Positions 25,633 to 39,100 of a stretch of 64,000 nt of DNA are shown piece by piece. The position numbers and the translations under genes are program-made. This stretch comes from Eledone cirrhosa (lineage: Eukaryota). Position 1 is the stretch's first letter; every line of letters begins with the position of its first letter. The DNA lies in the NCBI GenBank assembly GCA_964016885.1, contig OZ024744.1, forward strand, positions 101,308,001-101,372,000. Direction: 5' to 3'. Below the pieces are notes generated by a model, which was given only the letters and a program-made list of their open reading frames with translations, was not told where the DNA came from and did not search any database.

Positions 25633-26900
25633 TTTATACTCCCCTATATATAATATAACTATTGCACTTCCAGTTTTGCAACGACCTCAAGCTTTTCGTT
25701 CCATGTAATAATCCTTTAATTGCAATGGCGGTTTAGAGGCTGCAAAACCGTCCACAGCCATGGCTCCAGTGATGGTGATCATTATTTCAAGGGACTAAAA
25801 TCCAATCCCTTCATGGTGCTCGATATAAATCTTCGGGCACAAAGCCGTTAATATACAATTCATGTTCTGAAGTCAGAATGATTTCATATGATCTATTTCT
25901 AAATCCAAAATAAAGTCTGAATTAGAGATATTAACTATCCAATGACAACCAGTAGGACAAGGTCGTAGAATATTCTATTTGAATTCTGCGAAAATTCCAA
26001 ATTGTTCCAACAACTGAAAATTTTACGCAAGATGGCCGCTGTTGAAACTTTCAGCTTGTCAGAAAACAACGGAAACTTCCGAGTTCGATCTCGTGTTACG
26101 GAGAAAAATTATTCATATATTCGTTTTACCATGTGACGATCGCACTCGATTATTATTGGTCGACTGTCACATAGTACACATGAGTGAGTTCATCACGGAC
26201 AATACCGAAAAATCTCGAATACTGAATGTTGGGTATTAACTACTGTTAATGGAGTGGTAGGTAGCGTCGCAATTGTAGTAGTCGGCCTTTTTCCAAGCTT
26301 TAAATTCGACAATATTTTTAAATATTTCAACTTCAGTTTTCTTTTCACCGTTTATAATTGCACTTATTTCAAATCGGAAGATGTTCGAATTTTAGTGAAG
26401 TACAATATTTACTCGCACCCCTTAAAATTGGTTAGAATTATCGTCTATTCTCAGATACAAAGTGAGGGGGATTCTCTTGAACAAGTTCTCGGCCTGACTG
26501 CTGCTGCTGCTGCTAGTTGTGCTGCTGCTGTTGATGGTATTATTGATGGAGGAGGAGGCGGCGGTGGTAGTGGTGGTAGTAGAGATGGTGAAGGTGGTAG
26601 TGTGGTGGTGGCAGTCATATAAACTGCGCCACTACTTGGCTGGATTCGCTTCTACCTCTGACGCACCCGCACATTATTTATCGCATTTACCAACATCTAC
26701 AGCAATTTCTTCATTTCGTCGTCGTCTTATTATTATTACTATTATTACTGTTATCGTCGTAGTCGTTATAATAAAACGAATGTCTAGAATTTGTTGTTTT
26801 AAACTTGCTACATAATCGCCATCGTTCTTTTTCCCCTTATGTCTGTGTTATCTTGATCACTGTGTAGGAAATGGTCAATGTATTGGAGGCGGGGGATGGG
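25633..26900. promoter_or_regulatory. CBP 5'UTR/promoter region, locally CpG-enriched; YY1-like CAAGATGGCCGC (26028-26039) and ETS-like ACTTCCG (26075-26081)
   Basis: CpG is visibly more frequent than in the flanks; motifs read directly; lies immediately upstream of the ATG; TSS cannot be fixed from sequence. Confidence 0.6.
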
Positions 26901-29900
26901 TAGCAGTGATTTTTGTTAGAAATAATAATATTACCTCTCAGATCGGTTGTGGCTCGATTATACAAACTGATCCACCCATTTTATAGGCGATCATTAATGT
27001 TTTAACTTCGGATATTGTATGACTTGCATATTTATATACACACATATATATATTTATATATATGTATAGGTGAAAATTAATAAAGATGGTATATATATTA
27101 TCTATTTCCCTCGCTTTAGAATCTAAATTGGTGTATAATATATCTTATAGATAGTCTGTCACTTGCCTTCTTAGTTTCTATATAAATACCACCAAAAAAA
27201 TGAACATCATTTAAACTGTTCTTGTTCTTAAATAATTACAAATATATCAATTGATTGTAATAAACAGTGTTGTGTTTGAGACTCTAAATTTTACATATAT
27301 TTATATTTATAGGTCTCTATCACGCACGCTCTCAGCGCTGTAATTCCCGTAGCTCTGCTTGGAAAACTTTTTCTCCAGAATTATTTAAAGCATTTCTATA
27401 ATTGTCACATAAATACTTCTTTAATATTCTATCTACTATGATATTTTAATGTAGGTTTGTTTACAAAGCTTTCAGCCCTATACATATATATATATATATA
27501 TATAGGTTATGATAAATTTTGATGCGAAATGTTTGAGACGTTTGGTTTGTAGTGAAATAGATTATTTTCGTTAATAATATGTTATTTTAATATTGACAGG
27601 AGAGCTGTTTCTTTTTAAATTCCCCTTTCTTCGAGAGTTTTGTGTTGTGGATTGTGTTTAAAATTTACGATATTTATTTACCAAGCTTATTTCCTGATAT
27701 GATATAATATAACTTCCTCTTTAACTATTTTCAAAAACCCAGAGTTAAAAAACAATGTTAAAGTCGAGGGAAAATGTATTTGAGTTGTCAGAAAATGCAC
27801 ATAAGTATTTTGTTTTGTTGGATCTTAAAGAATGGAAAATGCGTTCATCATTAAAGATTTCAGTAAAACTTTCTGCTAAAAAAACACACACAAACTAGTT
27901 ATTAAACAAATCACAAAAGGAACCCGGGGTGAAAACGTTATATAAAAATCAACAAGTTAGAAAACTGTCAAAACATTAAAGTGCACTAAGAAATTATCTT
28001 CAAACCAAACTGTTTCCTTTATCAATATTAATTTTATACCTACAACTTGTAATTAGTTATAATTTATATAATATTGCTGTATATATTGAAATATCTTTCT
28101 CTAATATCATGATGAAGACAGTTGTAAATTGAAAACGAAAATGATCTCTCGTTTCTGTTAAAACTCATTGACAATTCTTGAAATTAATAATTTGATCTAT
28201 CACATAAAATGTTCATTAAAGGCCAAAATGAATATATATATAGGTAGCTAGTGGGGACGGGTGTGTGTGTGTGAACAAAAGATACAAGGGAATATTCAAT
28301 ATTAAATTAATATAATGATAGCAATCACTTCTGAAAGTGAATGTTTAATAAAGTACCAAATAGTCATTAGACGATGGTAAATGCAGGTAATGATAATTAG
28401 GATGTATATAATCCCCAAACTTTGAGACATTATTGCTTGTAAATATGATAATGAGATGATAAAGAACTACACAAAATTCATTAAAACTTCTTAATGATAT
28501 AAATATCAAACTTCTTTGAAAGACAATTGTTCTGGGTTTATATTATTGTCATCTAGTATTGGTTGAAAATAAGGTAAATGAATAAAAGGTGACTTTCAAT
28601 TGTTTAATTAATTTAAAATAAATTAAATTTTAAAAGGTTAGGGAAACTAAAAAGAATTATCAATTTTTTAAAAACGTTCAGGTTGGAAAGTTATTAAAGC
28701 TAATGATGAAAGACAATATACATGATTGGTTTTGAAAGGATTCTTCTATTAAAAGAATAAAGTTCATATATATATATGCATTAGTAAGAATGGGAAATAT
28801 GCTTCAGCGAATAATATTGGTTTTATTGATAAGGTATATATTTTTTTTATTTCAAAACGTTGCTCTTCAATCTTTTATGTTAGTGTTTATTTACCTGATT
28901 TTGAGCCTATATGAGAAGAGTTCAACCAGTGCATTGGTCCAGTCAAAAGCCTGGAGGGTCATCCTTAAAAAACTCTTGGTTCCCTTGAATTTGGAGAGGA
29001 GCCCTTGCCCCATCTCCTCCTCTTGGGTCTGAAATCAATCTTGTTGCTCTTTGCAATATTTCCCTTTGAGGCCCAGGATACATACATAATATTACTCCAT
29101 TACAAAATTATCATACAAATTATCATTGTAGCTATAGGATGTATACCAAACCACTTGGATCAAAGTATGACTGAACTTGGATTCTTTGAGAAAGAACACA
29201 GCTCTTTATTTCATAATCTACAGATGGTCACAATACCTGGAATCTAAAGAATTTAACAGATGAACTGTTGCACAAAGGACACCAGAAAGAACATTGCCCT
29301 TTTCTTTACAACCTTACAAGAAGAAAAAGTAGTCTATAGAGTAGAGTTTTAGATTTTACTGATTTATTTAAACCGGTCATATCCGGCCAGAATTCTCTCA
29401 CCTCTGTCTGTTCAAACCGGCTGTAACTGGCTCCTCATACTGATGTTAAAGTATTGTTCTCAAAATAAATAATATCAAAATCTCATAGATTCAATATTTT
29501 GTGCGATATTATGGAGTTATGAAGTATAATTTACTGATAATATCCAGTTTTATTTTCTCCACAAATGGTTGGAATACTCTAGCCATATTGAAACATCTGT
29601 AGCAATGTACAAATAAATAATAATAATAATAATAACAATTCTTGGTCTTATTGAATTTTGAATTATATATATATATGTGTGTGTGTACATAAGTTGAACC
29701 TTTTGCTGTAAAAATAAAATGTGAACAACTAGCATACAACTTATCTACTGGTCCTTCAAAACCTCAATTCAAAATATATGGTACATTGTAAATGTATATA
29801 ATAGGAGGTGTGACTTAGATATGAGTATAAATGGTGTATAATGATGAATATATGCCCCAACTAAGTATGACTTATACATGAGTATAAATGGTGTCTATGA

Positions 29901-30238
29901 TGAATATGTGCCATAACTAGTTTGCAATAAAATAATCCAAGCTGTGACATTGATAATAAATTAGAATGAAGAGTGTTGAATATCTGAAAGTTGAGGTGCC
30001 ATTTCTATCAAATGCTTCAGAAAGATTACCAACTTTGATCAAATGGTAACAAATATTATCAAGAGTGGATTTGTGTGTTGTCAAATTACATTTAAATACA
30101 AAATAAATAAAGAAATGAAGAAAAATTCATTCTGATCTTTACTTTTAATAAATTTAATACCTTACCCTTTTTTAAAGGATATATTTCTTTATGTATATTT
30201 CTCCCAATGTACTCTGGAAGGAATGGTATCAACCTTAA

Positions 30239-30433
30239 CCCTTTAGCATTAAAACCGGTTGTATCTGACCAGAATTCTCTCACCTCTTTCTGTTCAAACT
30301 GGTTGTTCATACTGATATTAAGGTATTGGTCTCAAAATAAATATCAAAATCTCATAGATTTGATATTATGTGACGTAAAGCCTTTACCATGAAAATACAA
30401 TAGTATATATAGAGTAATGTGAATGCTAAAGGG
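30239..30433 (+). mobile_element. piggyBac-type MITE
   Basis: TTAA-CCCTTTAGCATT ... AATGCTAAAGGG-TTAA: perfect 12-bp TIR with TTAA target duplication; partial copy at ~29368-29510. Confidence 0.85.
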
Positions 30434-30877
30434 TTAATGTATCGAAAACATAGTGATTTCCAGAGGCTGACTGAGGAGATGTTCTGTCTGTCTTTCCGTT
30501 GTTTTTTTACATTGCCTTTGTCCTGTGTGCCCCCTATTTTGAATATATATATATATATACACCCTTGTATTTCTGGATTTCTGGAGGTTCTGAAACGAAG
30601 TTTACAGAAAATGAAAACTTGAGCATCTAGCAGGGAAAACATGAAGATGATGATGATGAGGTGTTTAAATGGTCATAGAATATATTCGTAAATGATACAG
30701 CAAATGTAAAAAAGAAATATGCATGAGTATAATAGCTAGACAGCTGTGATATTTAACAAACCCATAAACATTAATATAAAGATTTAGTCTTCATATGTCT
30801 TACTTAGCTCACGCAATCTCTGTTACTTACAAAAAAAAATAAAGCCTCCTGTTCTCCACTATATACAGTCGGGGTTA

Positions 30878-31040
30878 GAGGCGGCGAATTGTCAGAGTTA
30901 TTAAAGACGTCAGATAGAACGCTTTACAGTATTTGTCCCACCTCTTTGCATGCTCTGAGAGTTCAAATCCCGCCATGGTCAACTTTGCCTTTCATCCTTT
31001 CAAGGTCAATAAAAAAAAGTACCAGTCAAGTACTGGGGGC
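30878..31040 (+). mobile_element. tRNA-derived SINE with Meta-like central domain
   Basis: GAGTTCAAATCCCGCC B box followed by GGTCAACTTTGCCTTTCATCCTTTCAAGGTCAATAAAA..GTACCAGT, resembling the Meta/Sauria central motif; many copies in the window. Confidence 0.7.
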
Positions 31041-32129
31041 GATTTTTCCTCTATAGAAAAAATCGGCTGTGTTCAAACCTGGAGGGGGTTGGGTTCCGCC
31101 AGGTTTAAAAGTGCCCTAGACACACAATATGGCGGTGCTTTACAACTCCACAAGGAGTTATGGGATCTTTATCCTTAGGGTGCAAAAGATGAGGTGTGAA
31201 AATATAATTGTTTCTACTTTTGGCAATGCCATCTAAAACCATTACTATTGACTTTGTATTATATACATATGTAAAACACACTTCTACTTTTAGACACAAC
31301 TGTTTCTTTGATTGGCAGTTGTCATCAGAAAGAACAGGAGCCTGATAGGGTTATATTCTAAAATAATATGAAGATAAAGATTAATAATAAAAAGTTCCAA
31401 AATGGTTCTCTTCATAGACTTAAGAAATAATAATTTTCATCAGCTCCATCGTTACGTTTGTTTTTCATGTCGTTATGGCTTAGACAGGTCATTACTGTTT
31501 GACTCAATTCTTGTTCAGAGAAACTGCCCTCCTAGATGTCTTCAGAGGACCATGTATCACCTGCATGTTTGCTTGTTCCAGTTTTGTTTGCATGTTTCCT
31601 ATGGTTGGATGCTTTTCCTAACACCAACCACTTTACAGAGTGTACTGGGTACATTTTATCAGAGCAACAGCAGTAAATTATGGTCAAATAACTGTCAAAG
31701 GGAAAAAAGGTAACTAATTCCCCCAAGAACACACAAATGTTTCAATATGTATTCCCAAAATATATTTACATTGAAAAATATAAATACATACACCTGCTCA
31801 GATACCTATTCATAAAGGCACATAAACATGCATTAGCTTCATGTTCATTGTTCTATTCAAATCTACCAAACACTTTCAGCCGAAGGTCAGCGTGAAGCTA
31901 AGTGAGATGAAGATGGCCGATCAAATGTGATATACATATATCATGAGTGCCAAGATGATGCAATTTCCATGGAAAACCCATTGGATTGATGCTAGATTTA
32001 TAAGATATGTAACATTTGCTATCATGATAAGTCCTTTGTACATCAAAATTCATATATCATTGTAATTTCAAATTTTATACTTTGTTGGGTGTGCCATCTT
32101 GGATTTTGTATTTACATTTGAAAGAAATA

Positions 32130-32345
32130 ATTGTTCCTATTTTTTGGTGGCCCACAAGGCCAGCAATTTGAAGAGAAAGGGAAAGTTTATTAAATCAACC
32201 CTAGTGCATTACTGGTATTTTATTTTATTGACCCAGCAAGAATGAAAGACAAAGCTAACCTTAGCAGCAGGGATTTGAACTCAGAACATAAAGAGCTGTA
32301 ACTATATGCCGCAAAGCATGTCTGACACTCTACTGATATTGCCAA
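32130..32345 (-). mobile_element. Meta-like SINE copy
   Basis: Reverse complement of the same family (ACTGGTA...GAAAGACAAAGCTAACC...GATTTGAACTCAGAAC). Confidence 0.7.
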
Positions 32346-33262
32346 GGTTCTTTTTATGTGAGGTGTGAGTAAGAAAACTCTTCAGTTGGTCCAACTCAAT
32401 TCATAAAACTCCATATATTCAACTTTGAATGTCTTTCATGGTCAAATCCAATTTGGAATAAGTTGTCAACATAAAGATAACTATGTAGTTCAACCAAATA
32501 CAAATGGAGAAAATAAACAAAAAAATGTGAGTGTATGCCTATCTAAACAATTTAAGTTTGGATTTTTTGATAAGCTTAAATTGAAAATATCAAAAAATAA
32601 TAATAAATAAGATTCAAGTTTTCAGAATATTTACAATGACCAATAAATTTGACAGTGACAAAAGTAATAACATGCATAACATTTTTGCTGTATTTCTAAT
32701 TAAATACATTCTATTTCTATCAATTAGTGGAAAATTTCGATGGTTTACTAAAAATTATTAATTATTTTATTACTAACATATGGTACAACCATAATGATGT
32801 AATGATGATGAGTATCTGTGAACTGTGTATGTCTTTGTTTTCAACAAAATAATGAATAATTTCCTATCAAAGAAATTTTCAAGATTCAGTTTTCAAAATT
32901 CAAACAAAACGCTCTGGTGGTGATTGAGGTGGTGGTAATGGTGACAGTGGTGGTGGAGGTGGTGCCAGCACTGGTGTTGTTATAAGACAAAGTTTTAATC
33001 CCAAAGATAACATGGCCGACAAAGACAAAGTAGTAATGAACAGAAGATTTAATGACTGATGAGGTTTTACTGAACTTATCATATCTCTTATGACTAGACT
33101 AGTGGAACAGACTGTTTGATCTGTTATAGCTAACTGTATTATAAGCCTGCTGGTCTAAATGGAACCATCTGTTACCAAAAATCGGCAAAGCAAGGTTACT
33201 GTTTATATATAAGAGATCAAGATGCAGTTGTTTGTTTGTCTTATGTAACTTTTTCATCTGAT

Positions 33263-33338
<76 letters not shown>

Positions 33339-35179
33339 TCTTTATATATATATTGGTCACATATTCCTCAGCTTATATTTGAGTGTATTACACAGTAAAT
33401 TAGAATTAGGAGGAGGACTTAGAAGTGTTAGATAAAAGAGTGGATTATTGGTATAGCAATGTGTGTTAGTTTGTTTTTTTGCAGAACAGAAAGTTGTTAT
33501 AATAGAATTAGTTAAGAACAGTGACAAAGGATGCTAAATGCTAGATTCTAAATAATATAAAAACACACCAGATGGAATTATCTCAAATCCTAAAGATTTT
33601 TCTTAGAAATATTTCATAAAATATCTTGATTTGAATCTCAAACAACAGCTATTGACTCCTTCCAAGTTCCAGTTGTCTTCTGTCTTCTAGTAGTTACATC
33701 AGTATCTGATAAAGTACTCTTCATTTATGTCAACTGAGCAGATCCTCTACATGATTGCTCCATCTGCTAGAAATAGCTGCCAAATCTCCCTAAAAATGAA
33801 ACCTAATTGTCTTAGAGAAAGAAGGACATGTTGGATGGTATGTCTTAGATAGACTGACAAAAAAAAAAAAACATTAACAACACACAAACCAAAATTAGAA
33901 TAGGATAGTCATGGATGGAATGACCAATCAATGTTAACCTGGGGCTAAACCACAACCTGGCAGTTAACGTTTAGCTTCTTTCCACCAACTGTGTTGTATC
34001 ATATACAAACAAACATCTGTTCTGTCTAATAAACCTAGAAAACCAGAGAAGAAATATGTCAATTTCATAAATCATCCTGATTAGGATTCTTTTAACTCTC
34101 TGCTTACTGATGTCTTTGTGGCAAATAACTAATAATTTAAACAGGAAATGGATATCTTAAAACTTCATATACTTAAGATATCTTCAGATTATAAAGAAAT
34201 GGTGAATGTATGTGTTTATGTATGTATGTATGTATGTATGTATGTATGTATGTATGTATGTATGTATGTATGTATTTGTATGTTTATGTGTATGTATGTG
34301 TGTGTGTATGTATGTAGTATGTACGTACATATGTCTGAATGTGTGTGTGTGTGCATGTATGTATGTAAATATGTATGTATCTATGTATCTATGTATGTCC
34401 ATCAGTACTTTCATAACCATTGAAAACAGTCTTCAAATTTACCCTTTAACTTTGAAGCCATTTTTAAAATCACCTTTATTCACCACCATCACCACCACCA
34501 CCGCCACCACACACAAACTACTAAGATATACTAACAAGAATATAGTATCTAAGTATCAACAAATGGCCAATATACTTTCATTTCTTCCTATGAATGATAA
34601 ATCCAAAATAAGGTACCATACAAATAGATAAAACAGTAGAACCTTGATAAGAGATTTTCTGTTGTATCACTTGGAAGTCTTCATTGATATTTATTCTATA
34701 TTGTAATTGGTTTCAGGTTCCTAATAGACCAATCAATGATTTACTGTATTTCTGATAGTGAGAGTGACATGGGAGTGTCTCTAACTCAGTGCAGAACTAA
34801 TATCACAAAAAGCTTCCCACTAATGTTTACATCTTTTGTTGATATAGCCCAGCAAAATATATTCTCTCTTTCAGGTTCACTACCGTGAACACATACATAC
34901 CAAGTGCAAAATAATAGAACCATTGGCCCTAACAATGTCCCTGCCATTACCCTGAGACAATGTGCCCCAGAACTGGTGTCTATACTCACAAAACTCTTCA
35001 TTGTCTTTCTCTCTCTACTGTGACCTTTAGAGACATGCTACAGCCAAGGTCTATGAGAAAGGGGTCCAACCGGTACTTTGTTCTGGGGCCCAAGAGCTAA
35101 GAAGGCCCCACAGCAACCATGTAACATCCATTTTGAGAAAAATCTTTACAAAATTTACAAAATTTGGAGGCCCTGGCTA

Positions 35180-35555
35180 CAACATATTCCATTATGAAGA
35201 AGAACAACTCCTCTGATGTTGCATTCACTTCTGATATCTCAAAGGCTGATGAAAACATCCATTAATAATAAACAACCTTCTCTAATACATCCACCAATAC
35301 AGCTTTTACAAAGCGCATAAAACCAGATCTGTTGGAGACCCACTTTCCTGCGTCCCTCACCAGTGAGGTTTCCTCAGCCCTGAGAAATTTAATGAAAACA
35401 GTGTTGTGGTCCTCAACATCAGCAAAGCTTCAAGTTGTGTCTAGCGCACAGATCTCCTGTCAAAACCCTGGCCTGCTCATTGACTGCCCCTGTCTCTTCT
35501 TGTCTCTTGAATAATGGCTTCCTGTCAAATCACACTGTCATGGAATGTGGTGATG

Positions 35556-35649
<94 letters not shown>

Positions 35650-35763
35650 CCTCTCTCTTTCTGGCCTACACTCAATAAACTTTGATGTGCTCCAGAGACA
35701 AATTTTGTTCTCTACACCCTTCCATCTATACATCAATGACCTACTTGGTGCCACTTGCAGCAA

Positions 35764-35857
<94 letters not shown>

Positions 35858-36110
35858 CACGTGCACAATGACAGCACCCTTCATTCCATGTCAACCTAAC
35901 ACATTCAAGCATCATTCATATGTAACCTAGACACCTCAGGTCAAATCTGAACTGACTTCATGAACAGAACCCACCACCCCACTGCCCCACCCCCACCAAA
36001 AAACCCCCCAACCTCAAATAAAGTCATGTCAATATTGTCCCTTTCAACTGCAAAAAAAAAAAAGAGAGAAAAACTTAATTGGTGCTCATATCAAGGATAC
36101 ATTATCATAC
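35180..36110 (+). mobile_element. Decayed CR1/Jockey-like LINE RT remnant interrupted by (CT)n/(TA)n
   Basis: GFLSNHTVM..GDG, then VLQRQILFSTPFHLYINDL (GVPQGSVLSPxLFxxYINDL-like) and NDSTLH (ADD-like). Confidence 0.6.
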
Positions 36111-39100
36111 CCCACCTTCACATACTAAACATGTGCAGCACACTACCACCTTCACATACTAAACATGTGCAGCACACTACCACCTTCACATACTAAACAT
36201 GTGCAGCACACTACCACCTTCACATACTAAACATGTGCAGCACACTACCACCTTCACATACTAAACATGTACAGCACACTACCACCTTCACATACTAAAC
36301 ATGTACAGCACACTAACACCTTCACATAGTAAACATGTGCAGCACACTACCACCTTCACATACTAAACATGTACAGCACACTACCACCTTCACATACTAA
36401 ACATGTACAGCACACTACCACCTTCACATACTAAACATGTGCAGCACACTACCACCTTCACATACTAAACATGTACAGCACACTACCACCTTCACATACT
36501 AAACATGTACAGCACACTACCACCTTCACATAGTAAACATGTACAGCACACTACCACCTTTACATACTAAACATGTACAGCACACTACCACCTTCACATA
36601 GTAAACATGTGCAGCACACTACCACCTTCACATACTAAACATGTACAGCACACTACCACCTTCACATACTAAACATGTGCAGCACACTACCACCTTCACA
36701 TACTAAACATGTACAGCACACTACCACCTTCACATACTAAACATGTACAGCACACTACCACCTTCACATAGTAAACATGTGCAGCACACTACCACCTTCA
36801 CATACTAAACATGTACAGCACACTACCACCTTCACATACTAAACATGTACAGCACACTGCCACTTTCACATACTAAACATGTACAGCACATTACCACCTT
36901 CACATAGTAAACATGTGCAGCACACTACCACCTTCACATACTAAACATGTACAGCATACTACCACCTTCACATACTAAACATGTACAGCACATTACCACC
37001 TTCACATACTAAACATGTACAGCACATTACCACCTTCACATACTAAACATGTACAGCACACTACCACCTTCACATAGTAAACATGTGCAGCACACTACCA
37101 CCTTCACATACTAAACATGTGCAGCACACTACCACCTTCACATACTAAACATGTACAGCACACTACCACCTTCACATACTAAACATGTACAGCATACTAC
37201 CACCTTCACATACTAAACATGTGCAGCACACTACCACCTTCACATACTAAACATGTACAGCACACTACCACCTTCACATACTAAACATGTACAGCACACT
37301 ACCACCTTCACATAGTAAACATGTACAGCACATTACCACCTTCACATACTAAACATGTACAGCACACTACCACCTTCACATACTAAACATGTACAGCACA
37401 CTACCACCTTCACATACTAAACATGTGCAGCACACTACCACTTTCACATACTAAACATGTACAGCACACTACCACCTTCACATACTAAACATGTACAGCA
37501 CACTACCACCTTCACATACTAAACATGTGCAGCACATTACCACCTTCACATAGTAAACATGTGCAGCACACTACCACCTTCACATACTAAACATGTACAG
37601 CACACTACCACCTTCACATACTAAACATGTACAGCATACTACCACCTTCACATACTAAACATGTACAGCACATTACCACCTTCACATACTAAACATGTAC
37701 AGCACACTACCACCTTCACATACTAAACATGTACAGCACACTACCACCTTCACATACTAAACATGTACAGCACACTACCACCTTCACATACTAAACATGT
37801 ACAGCACACTACCACTTTCACATACTAAACATGTACAGCACACTACCACCTTCACATACTAAACATGTACAGCACACTACCACCTTTACATACTAAACAT
37901 GTACAGCACACTACCACCTTCACATAGTAAACATGTGCAGCACACTACCACCTTCACATACTAAACATGTACAGCACATTACCACCTTCACATACTAAAT
38001 ATGTACAGCACACTACCACCTTCACATACTAAACATGTACAGCACACTACCACCTTCACATAGTAAACATGTGCAGCACACTACCACCTTCACATACTAA
38101 ACTTGTACAGCACACTACCACCTTCACATACTAAACATGTACAGCACACTACCACCTTCACATACTAAACATGTACAGCACACTACCACCTTTTCATACT
38201 AAACATGTACAGCACACTACCACCTTTACATACTAAACATGTACAGCACACTACCACATTCACATACTAAACATGTACAGCACACTACCACCTTCACATA
38301 CTAAACTTGTACAGCACACTACCACCTTCACATACTAAACATGTACAGCACACTACCACCTTTTCATACTAAACATGTACAGCACACTACCACCTTTACA
38401 TACTAAACATGTACAGCACACTACCACATTCACATACTAAACATGTACAGCACACTACCACCTTCACATAGTAAACATGTACAGCACACTACCACCTACA
38501 CATACTAAACATGTACAGCACACTACCACCTTTTCATACTAAACATGTACAGCACACTACCACCTTTACATACTAAACATGTACAGCACACTACCACATT
38601 CACATACTAAACATGTACAGCACACTACCACCTTCACATACTAAACTTGTACAGCACACTACCACCTTCACATACTAAACATGTACAGCACACTACCACC
38701 TTCACATACTAAACATGTACAGCACACTACCACCTTTTCATACTAAACATGTACAGCACACTACCACCTTCACATACTAAACATGTACAGCACACTACCA
38801 CCTTCACATAGTAAACATGTACAGCACATTACCACATTCACATACTAAACATGCACAGCACATTACCACATTCACATACTAAACATGCACAGCACATTAC
38901 CACATTCACATACTAAACATGTACAGCACACTACCACCTTCACATACTAAACATGTACAGCACACTACCACCTTCACATACTAAACATGTACAGCACACT
39001 ACCACCTTCACATACTAAACATGTACAGCACACTACCACCTTTACATACTAAACATGCACAGTACATTACCAATTCACATACTAAACATGTACAACACAC

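Noticed and set aside
32900-33082. Pro-rich ORF and nearby ATGGCCGAC short ORF
   Set aside because: Low-complexity (GGT)n tract; the short ORF ends after 15 codons with no splice support
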